A stretch of 64,000 bases of DNA from Octopus sinensis (lineage: Eukaryota). The notes below the pieces were generated by a model that worked only from the letters and a program-made list of their open reading frames with translations, searched no databases and was not told the origin of the DNA. Shown one piece after another: positions 26,004-38,053 of the stretch. A program made the position numbers and the translations under genes. Each line of letters opens with the position of its first letter. Position 1 is the stretch's first letter. The stretch is from contig NC_043001.1 in assembly GCF_006345805.1 (NCBI RefSeq), forward strand, positions 133,796,001 through 133,860,000. The letters are read 5' to 3'.

Positions 26004-26552
26004 GATGTACTGAATTGTCCTGAGAATTATGTTAGAGAAACACGTGTCCAATGGAATGCACAGCCATTCATTTACCCGTTAGTTCAGGAGCATGTCCTTT
26101 GGTTGATCGAACAACTGAATCCTCCTTGTCGAACGACAAAGGTATATATTTATATGCTGGCATGTAAATGCCAGCATATTAATAGGTGACGAGCGGGCAG
26201 AGATGCTTAGCAGTATTTCGTCTGCCGCTACGTTCTGAGTTCAAATTCCGCCGAGGTCGACTTTGCCTTTCATCCTTTCGGGGTCGATTAAATAAGTATC
26301 AGTTACGCACTGGGGTCGATATAATCGACTTAATCTGTTTGTCTGTCCTTGTGTGTCCCCTCTATGTTTAGCCCCTTGTGGGCAATAAAGAAATAAGTGA
26401 TGTACTGAATTGGCCTGAGAATTATGTTAGGGAAACACGTGTCCAATGGAATACACAGCCATTCATTTACCCGTTAGTTCAGGAGCAGGTCCTTTGGTTG
26501 ATCGAACAACCGAATCCTCCTTGTCGAACGACAAAGGTATATATTTATATGC
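26004..26552. repeat. 154-bp direct repeat flanking a family D SINE
   Basis: 26004-26157 is repeated at 26399-26552 with a few mismatches. Confidence 0.88.
26190..26396 (+). mobile_element. SINE family D
   Basis: Match. Confidence 0.85.
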
Positions 26553-26989
26553 GGTGACTATTAAACGTTACCAATTAGGTAATGCTATGATAATTACTAA
26601 AGTTTAATTACACTGTAAGAATATTAATTAGACAACAAAAATAATTAACAGGGAGAATTGATGATAAACAAAACAGAAAATGCAAGACAGAAAGAAAGGA
26701 AAATAAATTGTAAGGATCAGATGAGAGAGCATTTCTAAGTAATAATGTTAGATTGCAATAAATTAAAGGATCTTTTACGAGAGATAACAAGAAGTTAATG
26801 ATTGATACATGTTTGCAAGTTGCATCTTTAATCTTATTTATGTCATCACGTGGAATTAATTACCGCCAGAATCAAGTAAGGCTCGCTGGATTTTTGTGTT
26901 TTCTACATGGATATAGAATTACATTTTCAATTACTTTTAATCTAAACAGATTAGATAGATAAAAATAATAGCAAAAAAAAAAAATTTAC

Positions 26990-27120
26990 CTTCGTCGATT
27001 CTGATCAGCAGAAAAAAAGAAGAATCTAAAGAATCTATATGTTGTGTTCACAACTCTATCGACCGGTGTAACACGAACTTATATTCCTATTCCGATAAAT
27101 GACTGCAATGAAATTATGTC
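26990..27120 (-). other. Candidate 5'-UTR exon of WDR89-like gene
   Basis: Strong minus-strand donor AAG|gtaaat at 26989 in non-repetitive sequence. The coding exon 1 acceptor needs an upstream exon. The 5' boundary is a guess. Confidence 0.3.
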
Positions 27121-27209
27121 AGAGTTATCTTCTGATTTTTTTTTTTTTTTTTAGTTTTCCTATCAGCTTTTTTTCAATAATTTTATTCGATTGTCATTAG
27201 AATTATTAA

Positions 27210-27640
27210 GGCAATCTTTCGTCTCTAGTAGACCTTTCCGTCGATTTCCGTAAAAAATTTTTTTTTTACATATGGACTTGCGGGAACTTTTGAAGTAATA
27301 TACATACATATACACATACACCGAGTAAAAAATTTCAGTTATCTCTTTCTTTCACACATTACTCTGTCTCTTCACACACACTAACAGAAGCACTTCACTT
27401 ACACAACATACTGTCTGTCTCCCACACCCCATCAAACACACACGCACACACACACACACACATGTACATCAATGCTTGCCATGCACGGTAACTTCAAAAG
27501 AACTTCCCTCGTCATACAATCGCTTTCTCTTAGTCTCTTTCGCTCTCATTACTTCAAAAGTTCCCGTAAGCCCATATGTAAAAAAAAAAAAAATTTTTAC
27601 AGAAATCGACGGAAAGGTCTACTAGAGACGAAAGATTGCC
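27210..27640. mobile_element. MITE with about 90-bp TIRs (GGCAATCTTTCG...), possibly Merlin-type
   Basis: 27210-27299 is the inverted complement of 27548-27640. gaattatt occurs on both flanks as an imperfect TSD. Confidence 0.8.
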
Positions 27641-28012
27641 GAATTATTTCATATGGTTAAAATAACTGATGAAAGTAAAGAATATACACATCGGTGTTTA
27701 GGGTTAAGATTAGGTTTTGGGGTTAGGGCTTTTGTTATGTCGAAAACGGGTGGTGTGCGTATTCTTTACCTCCACCAAATAACATTAAAAAAGGCCGTTC
27801 GTTGACTTTTACCAAGATCGAATATCACTAACATAAGCGTTTCTGTGAATTAATGGTAGTGGGGGAGGGAATCGATAGTTGGAGCACAATGAGTAGTTTC
27901 TCTCTACCTATTTAAAATCATCACATTGAGAGTATTGCTTCGTTATTTTGCATTGTTGTTTCATCTTTGTGAGTAAAAGATGGTCAGCATAGTTGTTGTT
28001 GAAGTTGAGAGA

Positions 28013-28545
28013 ATACAGTTCTGTATTTCAGAGATGAGGAATTATGTACATTATTTACAATTGACGGATATTTCTCCTCATCTTGTTTGTTGTTAACACA
28101 ACGTTTCGGCTGATATACCCTCCAGCCTTCGTCAGGTGTCTTGGGGAAATTTCGAACCTGGGTTCTCATTCCTAAGGTATTTTTCGATGTTATTATTATT
28201 ATTATTATAATTATTCAGTTCACTGCCTGGAATCGAATTCGGAATCTTGGGGTTAGTAGCTGGCGCTCTTAACCACTACGCCATATGCTCACGGGCATAT
28301 GACATAGTGGTTAAAAGCGCGGGCTACTAACCCCAAGATTCCGAGTTCGATTCCAGGCAGTGAACTGAATAATAATAATGATGATGATAGTAATAATAAT
28401 AACAACATCGAAAAATATCTTAGTAATGAGAACCCAATGTTCGAAATTTCCCCATGACACATGATGAAGGCTGGAAGGTATATCAGCCGAAACGTTGTGT
28501 TAACAACAAACAAGATGAGGACAAATATCCTTCAATTGTAAATAA
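28013..28545. mobile_element. Palindromic head-to-head dimer of a tRNA-headed, hammerhead-bearing retroelement
   Basis: Arms meet at 28290/28293. Each has A/B boxes (TAGTGG, GTTCGATTCC-like), an (AAT)n linker and a hammerhead core. Flanked by a 13-bp direct repeat tgaagttgagaga (28000-28012, 28546-28558). Confidence 0.85.
28095..28140 (-). ncRNA. Minimal type I hammerhead ribozyme (intact core)
   Basis: gacac-CTGACGA-a-ggctg(gagggtatat)cagcc-GAAA-cg-TT-gtgtt: stem I, core, stem II and palindromic AACGTT stem III. Confidence 0.7.
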
Positions 28546-28724
28546 TGAAGTTGAGAGAGTTTGAAACATGGGTGACAGGTACTTCTTTTTCAAGAAATTT
28601 GTCCTCAACTTCGACTCGATTGTAATTGAGGTTGCTAATAAAATACCTGGATAATTTTTTTGTGTCTAACAATCAATATTCTTTTCTTTGTTGGATCCCA
28701 AGTTAATTATTTCCCCAGACACAG

Positions 28725-29093
28725 TGGAGGCGCAATGGCCCAGTGGTTAGGGCAGCGGACTCGCGGTTTCGATTCCCAGACCGGGCGTTGTGAGTGTTTA
28801 TTGAGCGAAAATACCTAAAGCTCCACGAGGCTCCGGCAGGGGACAGCGGTGATCCCTGCTGTACTCTTTCACCACAACTTTCTCTCACTCTTACTTCCTG
28901 TTTCTGTTGTACCTGTATTTCAAGGGGCCGGCATTGTCACTGTCTGTGTCACGCTGAATATCCCCGAGAACTACGTTAAGGGTACACGTGTCTGTGGAGT
29001 GCTCAGCCACTTACACGTTAATTTCACGAGCAGGCTGTTCCGTTGATTCGGATCAACCGGAACCCTCGTCGTCGTAACCGACGGAGTGCTTCC
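28725..29093 (+). mobile_element. SINE family B
   Basis: Match. Confidence 0.88.
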
Positions 29094-29164
29094 ATCCCAT
29101 TTCCCACACTAATGTCTAATTTGATAATTTTCAAGTTTCGGAAAACTTTGTTTAAATTGAGGCA

Positions 29165-29278
29165 AAATGAGTAATGACTAATTTCAATAAATGAGTAATG
29201 ACTAATTTCAAAATGAGTAATGTCTAATTTCAATAATGAGTAATGATTAATTTCAATAAATGAGTAATGACTAATTTA
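29165..29278. repeat. Minisatellite, about 21-23 bp unit aatgagtaatgactaatttca
   Basis: About 5 copies. Confidence 0.85.
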
Positions 29279-29866
29279 ATTACATGGTGAGAGTAAATAT
29301 ATCGGAAAGATACGGTATCCACTCATGCAGAAGCTATAGAGAATATTTTATGTTGCGTTTTTAGATTTAGTCGAGTTTCGTTAATTTCATATCGTGTGTC
29401 ATTTTCCCTGATCCGTTTTCAATTTGCCTTAAATATTTTAATTTTTTGTTGTATTTCTCATGTGTAAGGAAGGATACTGATGTATATAAGTCTTTCTTCA
29501 AATGTATTTCTGAAGAACTGAAGAGGCAATTTACTTTATCTTGTCTTACTTATTTTGCCCCAGCCTAAATTTGTCTTATGGAGATAATTTTCTGAAAGTG
29601 TTCAGATATGTTTTAGTGTTTTTAATGCATGTAGAGACGGTTGTTTGCTTAGTAGATTTAGTTTTGTAAGGCAATGAACATTTGTAAAAATAATTTTTTT
29701 CTCTAAGTCAAAAATACATCAAATCTTACACCCTACTGAAATACGTTCTCCGATTTAATCTTTATTTTGAAAATGATTACAGAAAGGGATATCCATAGAG
29801 CTATCGAAGAGATAAATATTGCTCTTTGTCTTAATATGTGTGTATGTTAAGTATATATTCTGTTAT

Positions 29867-30249
29867 GGAAGCACTCCGTCGGTTACGACGACGAGGGTTC
29901 CGGTTGATCCGAATCAACGGAACAGCCTGCTCGTGAAATTAACGTGTAAGTGGCTGAGCACTCCACAGATACGTGTACCCTTAACGCAGTTCTCGGGGAT
30001 ATTCAGTGTGACACAGAGAGTGGCAAGGCCGGCCCTTTGAAATACAGGTACAACAGAAACAGGAAGTAAGAGTGAGAGAAAGTTGTGGTGAAAGAGTACG
30101 TGCAGGGATCACCACCATCACTGCCGGAGCATCGTGGAGCTTTAGGTGTTTTCGCTCAATAAACACTCACAACGCCCGGTCTGGAAATCGAAATCGCGAT
30201 CCTACGACCGCGAGTCCGCTGCCCTAACCACTGGGCCATTGCGCCTCCA
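29867..30249 (-). mobile_element. SINE family B
   Basis: Match. Confidence 0.88.
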
Positions 30250-30334
30250 CATATATTATGTATTTATATATACGCAAGAGTAAATTACTGGTTTAATAAC
30301 AGTGTTTTGATTCAGTGTTATTCTGTATATATGT

Positions 30335-30777
30335 TTGTGTGTGGTAAGAATCTTGCTTCCCAACCACGTGGTTCCAGGTTCAGTCCCACTGCGTGAAACC
30401 TTGCGCCATTGTCTTCTACTATAGCCTCGGGCCGAATAAAGCCTTGTGAGTGGATTTGGTAGGCAGAAACTGAAAGACGACCGTCGTTTATATATATGTG
30501 TGTATATTTGTGTGTTTGTCTGTTTGTCCCCCACCATCTCTTGACAGCCGATGTTGGTGTATTTACGTTCCCGATATACGAGTGCATCTTCTCCCTGACC
30601 TATGGTCTCTTAAGAGTGGCTGTGTAGTAAGTAGCTTGCTTACCAACCACATGGTTCCGGGTTCAGTCCCACTGCGTGGCACTATGGACAAGTGTCTTCT
30701 ACTATAGCCTCGGGCTGACCAGAGCCTTGTGAGTGAATTTGGTAGATGGAAACTGAAAGAAGCCCGTCGTATATATG

Positions 30778-30808
<31 letters not shown>

Positions 30809-30919
30809 TTGTCCCTCAACATCGCTTGACAACCGATGCTGGTGTGTTTACGTCCCCGTAACTTAGCAGTTCGGCAAAAGAGACCGATAGAATCAGTACT
30901 AGGCTTACAAAAAATAAGT
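30335..30919 (+). mobile_element. Two tandem family A SINE fragments
   Basis: 30335-30572 and 30613-30919. Confidence 0.82.
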
Positions 30920-31130
30920 TTATTATCAAAGAATGTATATCTGTATTTTAATATTTTTGTGACAACCAGTACTTAACACAACAAAGCTTATACGAAGCTT
31001 TACATTTTACTTTTGACAACCTTTTTCTAAAAGAAGTGAAACCGGTCAAGTGAATAAACATCTTTAAAATTGTATTTTCAAACCTTTCATATTTATTTCC
31101 ACTCGTGCAGTACCTTACAACTTTACTTTG

Positions 31131-31163
<33 letters not shown>

Positions 31164-31276
31164 ACTTGGAAAAGGATGCGTGGCGTTCGATAATATAATA
31201 ATATAGATAATATATAAATATATGCATATATACATACATATATGTACATACCTACATATATATGTATATATACATG

Positions 31277-31860
31277 TGTAGCGTACCTCGGTGATATCCT
31301 CACTGTTTGAGAGACATCATACAAATAACTTCATGGCAGATAGCAGCCATCCTTCGGCTGCTTAGGCCATGTTGTGTCCGCTACCCTGATTGGTTGGTTT
31401 TGGAGCAGTTTTATCTCTTGCTTTATTTCGCGCCAATGTGTAAACCAACCAATTGCGGCCTTCAGATAAGGTCCCGTGACACAGTCTTTTACATTTTCTT
31501 CTGGAGCCTCTAGAATGTTATAAAACCCAGCGATCCATTGAATCGTTCGTCTTTGGTTCTAGACCTTCTTAGGACTAACCTCTGACCACAGAGCGACCAG
31601 CCATGTTCGAGCGACTCAACCAGTTCCAGCGACAGACAGCGACGATGCCAACACCACCGCAGCATCTCAGGAACTTTCTCTACCTTCGCCATCACCTCCG
31701 TCGGCTTCAACAATATGTACACATCAACATCGTTCCAGGTTTAACTTCACGCTGTTGTGAATATTAACCAAGGTTAATATCTTCAGTCTACCTGCGAGAA
31801 CTTTCTGAACCAAGTAACCCGACAAGCATAGAAGCCACAACCTCTACACGTGTAGTAACA
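31277..31860 (+). mobile_element. Candidate solo LTR
   Basis: TGTAG...AACA ends, CCAAT-type motifs and TATAAAA at 31519; no TSD found. Confidence 0.35.
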
Positions 31861-32070
31861 TAAGAATATTCCCCTTCTTCAGGACAACTGATGAAGGGGA
31901 ATATTCTTATGTTGCATGTCTCGTTTCTCTGTTTGTTTGTTGTTTTTCGTTGCTCCAAAAAAGTTCGTTTCTATGTTTTAGTTTCTCATTGTGTTCAACG
32001 TTTTTTGCTTTTTGATGTCCTGTACACATATATGCATGTATATATACATATATATATATATGTTGTTATG

Positions 32071-32135
<65 letters not shown>

Positions 32136-32153
32136 ATATACCTACATATATAT

Positions 32154-33160
32154 TGTTACAAAACATGCCGTCGCTCAAACTTCGAACCCGAGACCCTACC
32201 AAGTCGAGCGACGACGATTGACCGGCTCAGTCGAACGGGAATTCGCCACACAGAGAGGAAACGGTGGTGGGGGGTTGGCAGCGAACTCGAACCGGCGACC
32301 GGAGATAACAACAACAACAACAACAGGAGGAAGAGAGACACGGCGGAAGGCGATAACTTACATTTAAGAACAGTTTATAACAATTATTACAACATCAAAT
32401 ACAATGTGAAACATAGCAGATACAAGAAAATAACATGCAACAGAATTAACAAGAAAATAACAAAATCAAAGCATTTAAACATAACACGTCGTTCGAAAAC
32501 AATCAAACAGTTCACGATACACCAAGTCCGGAGACAAATCAAAACAGTTCAAATCAATGTCCTATATTAAAGTCTTTCTCTTTCTTTTCTTCCTCTTTTC
32601 CCTCAATTCACAACGTTCTTTACAATCTCATTTCTTTTCTTCCTCTTTTCCTTCTTTTTTTTCCGACACCTCAATTCCCCTTTTTTAGTTCAACAATTCT
32701 TTTTTTCTCTTCATCACAGATTACAATTTACGTCATAATTCTTTCTTTTACATTTCACATAAAAAAATAAACAAAACTTTACCGTTACATTTTCTAGTTA
32801 CAATAGCCGTGCCTTCACGCCGCAATTTCCCCCACCTCCTCAATCCTCTGTGTATGTCTTTCTCAACCTCTCGCTTGTCATCCTCTCACATTCACCGTCT
32901 CCGGCACAACTGCTAAACTGCCCTGTTGCCAAACTGATCCTGATGCCAACTGATCCTGTTGCCGACTGACCAACAAGCTCACAGCTCGCCGCATTTTAAA
33001 GGGTGGTTTCTTAAACTCTGCTTGACCGGAAAAGGGTCAAAGGTCTCTTCCAAACACATTAATCATTCCAGAAACCGACAGGACAAAGGCCTTATCCGTC
33101 TGCTTGACGCCAAATCACAAAACCAGGCCACAAGCACTCTGTTTCTCAACTGACCTCCAT
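32154..33160 (-). mobile_element. Candidate solo LTR inserted in (TA)n
   Basis: About 1 kb complex sequence ending TGTAACA on the minus strand, bounded by TA microsatellite. Confidence 0.4.
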
Positions 33161-33179
33161 ATAAATATGTTGTTATGTA

Positions 33180-33261
<82 letters not shown>

Positions 33262-33799
33262 TATATATATATACATACCTACATATATGTATATATACAT
33301 GCATATATGTGTATATATGCATATATTTATATATTATATATATTATATATATATATATATATATATTACAGGCAATAATACAAACAAATGATGGCCATGA
33401 CTCCTTGTCAGGAGAATGAAAAGAAGGCTCTAAATTCTCTCCTTTACTATATCCTCCAATGAAGAAATCTTCGATTGGACAACCCCTATTACAACAACAC
33501 CTTAGTGGTAAGTGGGTTCGAAGAAGAGATCACTTACACACCCAACCCGAACTCACCAAAAACAGAACAATGTCACAATGGGGCATACACGATCGCGCGC
33601 GCGCGCACACACACATATACCCGCAGACACATACACACGCACAGATTTTTCTAACATGCAATAACACAAACGCGCTTCGGCACACTCACACCAAAGCGCA
33701 CACGCATGCGAATGCGCAGCCACACACACATTCTCTTTGTCTCTCTCTCTCTCTGTCTGTCTTCCTCTCTGTCTCACATCGATATAAAAATATGAATAT

Positions 33800-34126
33800 C
33801 TGGGACCCCCTTCGGTCACGACACTGACCATGGGATTGCACCCAGAAAGTTACCCTCCTAGTCACAAGTCTGGGCAAGGTGGTTTTATGGAAGACCAGCA
33901 ATCGCCCATGCATACCACGCCACCAATGTTATCCAAGGGAAAGGCAAAGGGGCTGATACAGATTGGCACCCGTGACGTCGCAACTCATTTCTGCAGCTGA
34001 TTGAACTGGAGCAACGTGAAATAAAGTGTCTTGCTCAAGAACACAACACGCAGCCCGATCCGGGATTCGAGCTCACAACCTCACAATCGTAAGCTCGACG
34101 CTCTAACCACTGAGCCATGCGCCTTC
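33800..34126 (-). mobile_element. Additional tRNA-derived SINE
   Basis: Minus strand gaaggcgcatggctcagtggttagagcg...gagctcgaatcc, then gtgttcttgagcaagacact. Confidence 0.7.
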
Positions 34127-34376
34127 AAAAAAAAAAATGAATATAGAACCTGTAAACTAGGAGACAGACAGACAGATCTGAAGCAGACCTGGAGCCGAAA
34201 GGGCATGTCATTGATGAGGTCACGAATGGTGAGGAAAGGACTTTGACAAACCTCACTAATTGATTGATTGACCGAACAGTTAGTTAATCAAACAATCGAT
34301 TAGTTAATTGGTTAAATAGTTAACCAATCACTAACATACAGGAGTGCATGTAGGACGCTTGACCGACGTTCTAGAC

Positions 34377-34700
34377 CAGTGGTTCTCAACCGGGGTCCGT
34401 ATGGCCTCTGACGGTCCATACAAGATTTTTTGGGATCCACGTAACAAAATAGTAAATTAGGGCTCCACAATAGAATTTGAAAGGCTCCTGAAAAAATTAC
34501 CTTAGATGTATGTATTGGTATGAATTGCAAGAAACAGCTCGGTTTCTTTCTCTAATATTTTGCATAAATCAACCTACACATGTTAATGTATGAAAAACAA
34601 AATAGAATTTTGAAAGATGTTTCTATAAAACTAGTTTTAAAACATCGAAAGGCTTTGAGGGTCCACCAGAATAAAATAATAATCAAAGGGGTTCTGTAGT
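34377..34700. mobile_element. hAT-type MITE fragment
   Basis: Starts cagtggttctcaacc after ttctagac; right end not resolved. Confidence 0.55.
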
Positions 34701-35471
34701 GGCTCTTGCATGCATGAAGTGGATTCGATCCACCATAGCCAAATTTAAATTAACACTGCAACAGAATTTTTCCCACGATGGAACAATGGGTTTCCTCTGA
34801 CAGCAGTTTTACATTTTCCAGATGCCTTTGGCTAGGCCGAAATAATGTCTTCACCACTTGACCCTTTCTAACCTCTTCTACTTCACCAAAAGCTAGAATA
34901 TAAATAACAAGACCACCAACTAAATATATTGTTCTCAATGATATATCTATCCTTCTGGATAGTTATAAAAGCAAGAACATCCCAAGCAAAAATCAGTCGG
35001 TGACGACTCAACCAGTTAGTCACTTCGGTGACAACGAAGTCTGGCTGACCAACTAGAACATTGGTCAGAGGGAGGAATGAAGTTTACTGTCAGCAACTGT
35101 GAGACAACGCCCTACAACTTTCACTAGTTCTAATTCTGTTCTCTTACAACATCATCTATCGCTATCTGTGGATTACTACTAACAATTTGTGTACGCCAAA
35201 CTATGTAAAAAAAAAATTCTACTACATCTAACTTTCTTTCGCTTGCCCCCGGATGTTATAACCTGCCATAGATAAAAAATGGTTAAGAACACCTGTTGGG
35301 GGTTGCATTATTGCATTATACAATATGCTCCTTTTGAAGACGGTAGGGTGGGAGTTTAATAAATATTTAGCTGCTAATTTTAACAGATCATGTAAAGATT
35401 CTTTCATTACAGTTAAGTTTGAAGAATTGCATAAAATATTGGTCGAGAGTAAACGTAGACTCTACTTCATA

Positions 35472-35884
35472 TGTAGCGACTTTGTGCGGATATTTTAGTT
35501 TTACTGCTTTGTCATGGGTATTATTTTTAATCATTCAGAAACCAATAGCCTGTTTTGGATAGTTAAACAGGACACGGGACTATTTTCACCATTGTTAAAT
35601 TTACTATTTTAACCAATCAGTAGTCTCTGAGCTGTTTTTGACTATTTAAGAGAACATATATCTGTCTCATCTTCTCTTAGCTATCGCCAGTATCTTCTAT
35701 CTTATCTCTTTTTCTCACTCTCTTCTAAGTAGACCTTAGTATTAGTTTAACCTCGACGTGATAATTTCTTTCCATTAATGTACATAAACTTTATCTGCTT
35801 TTTCTATTTACTTATGGTCATTTATCTACTTGCATATACTTAACCCTAAAATCAATAAAATACATATGAACACTTTCTACAACA
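35472..35884 (+). mobile_element. Candidate solo LTR
   Basis: TGTAG...ACA, two CCAAT motifs, TATTTAA, AATAAA near the 3' end; TSD not found. Confidence 0.35.
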
Positions 35885-36087
35885 CAAATTGTTCAATTGA
35901 CTTTGTACGTTTCAAACTTGTCTTGATCGATCTTGTAAATTGAGACTTGTTATATTCTATGTTAAATTCTGTCCTACCTCAAATTTGTATTCACAAACCA
36001 CGCGGTGTATAATAGTTATTGCTTTATTCTACCAATAAGGTGGGAAGAGTTCTATTTTTGTTGGAATGTAGGAAATAAACGAGGAAA

Positions 36088-36484
36088 TCTTTATATATAA
36101 AAGTAAGGTTGTGTGTCTGTCTACTCCGATTTAGATTCCTAACTACTCCCACATTTTGCGGTGCAGTTTAACCAAAACCGGGTATCTTATAGTCGTGATT
36201 CATATCGAGCCCTTCTGGGTATTAGCGCGCGTCTACGATGAGCCTACGATTTTTAAAATAATTTACCATCATTTTTTTCCATTTTAATGCATTTTTTCGC
36301 TATTATATAAGGGAAGTAACTCTCTAAAAATCTCTAGGATGAGTCAACGATTTAAAAAAAAAATTACCATCATTTGTTTTCCATTTTTAATGCAATTTTG
36401 TGCTATTTTTTGGCTATAACTCTCTAAAAATGCTTTATAGTTATTTCCCTTACAAACCCGAGCAACGCCGGGCGATACTGCTAG
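36088..36484 (+). mobile_element. Non-autonomous Helitron
   Basis: A|TC start, 3' hairpin cccg...cggg, CTAG|T end, no TSD; internal duplication relative to the 37763 copy. Confidence 0.8.
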
Positions 36485-37762
36485 TTATATATAATTAATT
36501 ACTACTGTTAGTGCTGTGAATTTCTTTGAATTTCTTGCGTTTAGTATGTCGCACATTCTGCCATGGACATCCGTTTAGTTTATTGACCTTTTTAGTTTTC
36601 TATACAAAGAAGAAAGTACAAAAATGCTTGTCAAAGTGCAGACATGGCTCTATGGTTAAGAAGTTCATTTTACAACAACATGATTTCAAGTTTGATGATC
36701 ATTGTTTGCCACTCCGGATGTTTTATACTGTAGCCTCGGGTTGACTAAAACCTTGTGAAAGTAATGTAGATGCCAGTTGAAAGGACGGTTTCTGTTATTT
36801 GGATGGTAGACACAATCCGGCGAACGGTTTCATGCCATCATCTAATCCTTGGGTACCTTTAATATAGTTCATTCTGTTACGAGAATTTAAGCCAACTCTC
36901 TAGTCTGAGGATAACTTCCTTTCTTTGGTGATGAAGGTTCTGGAAAGTGTCCTGAGATGTTGCCCTTTCCTCTCTAAACCATTAATAAAAAGCGAAAATT
37001 TCCCCAATCTTTAATTGTTTCACATACCTAGGAATTACAGACGTGCATCAAGGAGCATATATTTGATTGTCCAATCTCTTAAAAATTAAGTCAGATTTCC
37101 CTTAAAACTGTGTCATAAAGCACTAAAAAAAAAAGAGGCACATTAGATAACCTACTTGTAGATATACTGTGGCTGGAAAAAGATGGCGAAGGGAAGAACA
37201 TCTTTGATGACAAGTTTACTCGGATATGACTGATCTGAAGCTAAACAACAACATTACATTAATGTTGCAACCTGCTTCAGACAGCCATTCAACGACTACA
37301 CATACAGAAACAACTAAAACCATATTTCAACAGATAAGCTACCAGAAGTGAATGCTCTATTCAATGTAATAGTATGCATGAACGCTCGTAAAACTGAACC
37401 TATAAAGCGTATTTGCTTGATGTATCGGTGTACAGACAGCAGTATTTGAGAGCTAAAGATTAAAGACGAAGGGCGGATTTACCTAATGTTTCTATGTATC
37501 CACCACTGGTTGCACGTTCTTGAACTTTTGCAAACTGCGTCTGCCAAGAATATTAAGTAATTCCGAGCCCCTAGAAACAGCTGTCGGACCTGAAATACCA
37601 TGCCTTCTACCCTTAGTTTACTATATTTTTGTACTCTCTGTGAATCTGGTCTGTTACAATATAAATATCTGTATATTTATGCATGAATGTTCATCGTCTG
37701 AATATCTTCATTTTTTGTTGTCTCTCTCTTAACATGTATATATATATATATATATATATATA

Positions 37763-38053
37763 TCTTTATATATAAAAGTGAAGTTGTGTGAGTGTATGTC
37801 TCCTAGGATTTAGATTCCTAACTACTCCCACATTTTGCAGTGCAGTTTAACCAAAACCGGGTATCTTATAGTCGTGATTCATATCGAGCCCTTCTGGGTA
37901 TTAGCGCGTGTCTACGATTTAAACAAAAAATTACCATCATTTTTTCCCATTTTTAATGCATTTTTTGCTATTATATAAGGGAAGTAACTCTCTAAAAATG
38001 CTTATATAGTTATTTCCCTTACAAACCCGAGCAACGCCGGGCGATACTGCTAG
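37763..38053 (+). mobile_element. Non-autonomous Helitron, second copy
   Basis: Near-identical to 36088-36484; TC...CTAG inserted in (TA)n. Confidence 0.8.

Noticed and set aside
27697-27729. Telomeric array
   Set aside because: Only a few degenerate TTAGGG units; interstitial and probably element-derived.
28293-28366. tRNA gene
   Set aside because: A and B boxes and an anticodon-like loop are present, but the acceptor stem does not pair and it is part of a repeated element; treated as a SINE-type head.
29165-29278. CRISPR-like array
   Set aside because: Tandem units without unique spacers in a eukaryotic context.
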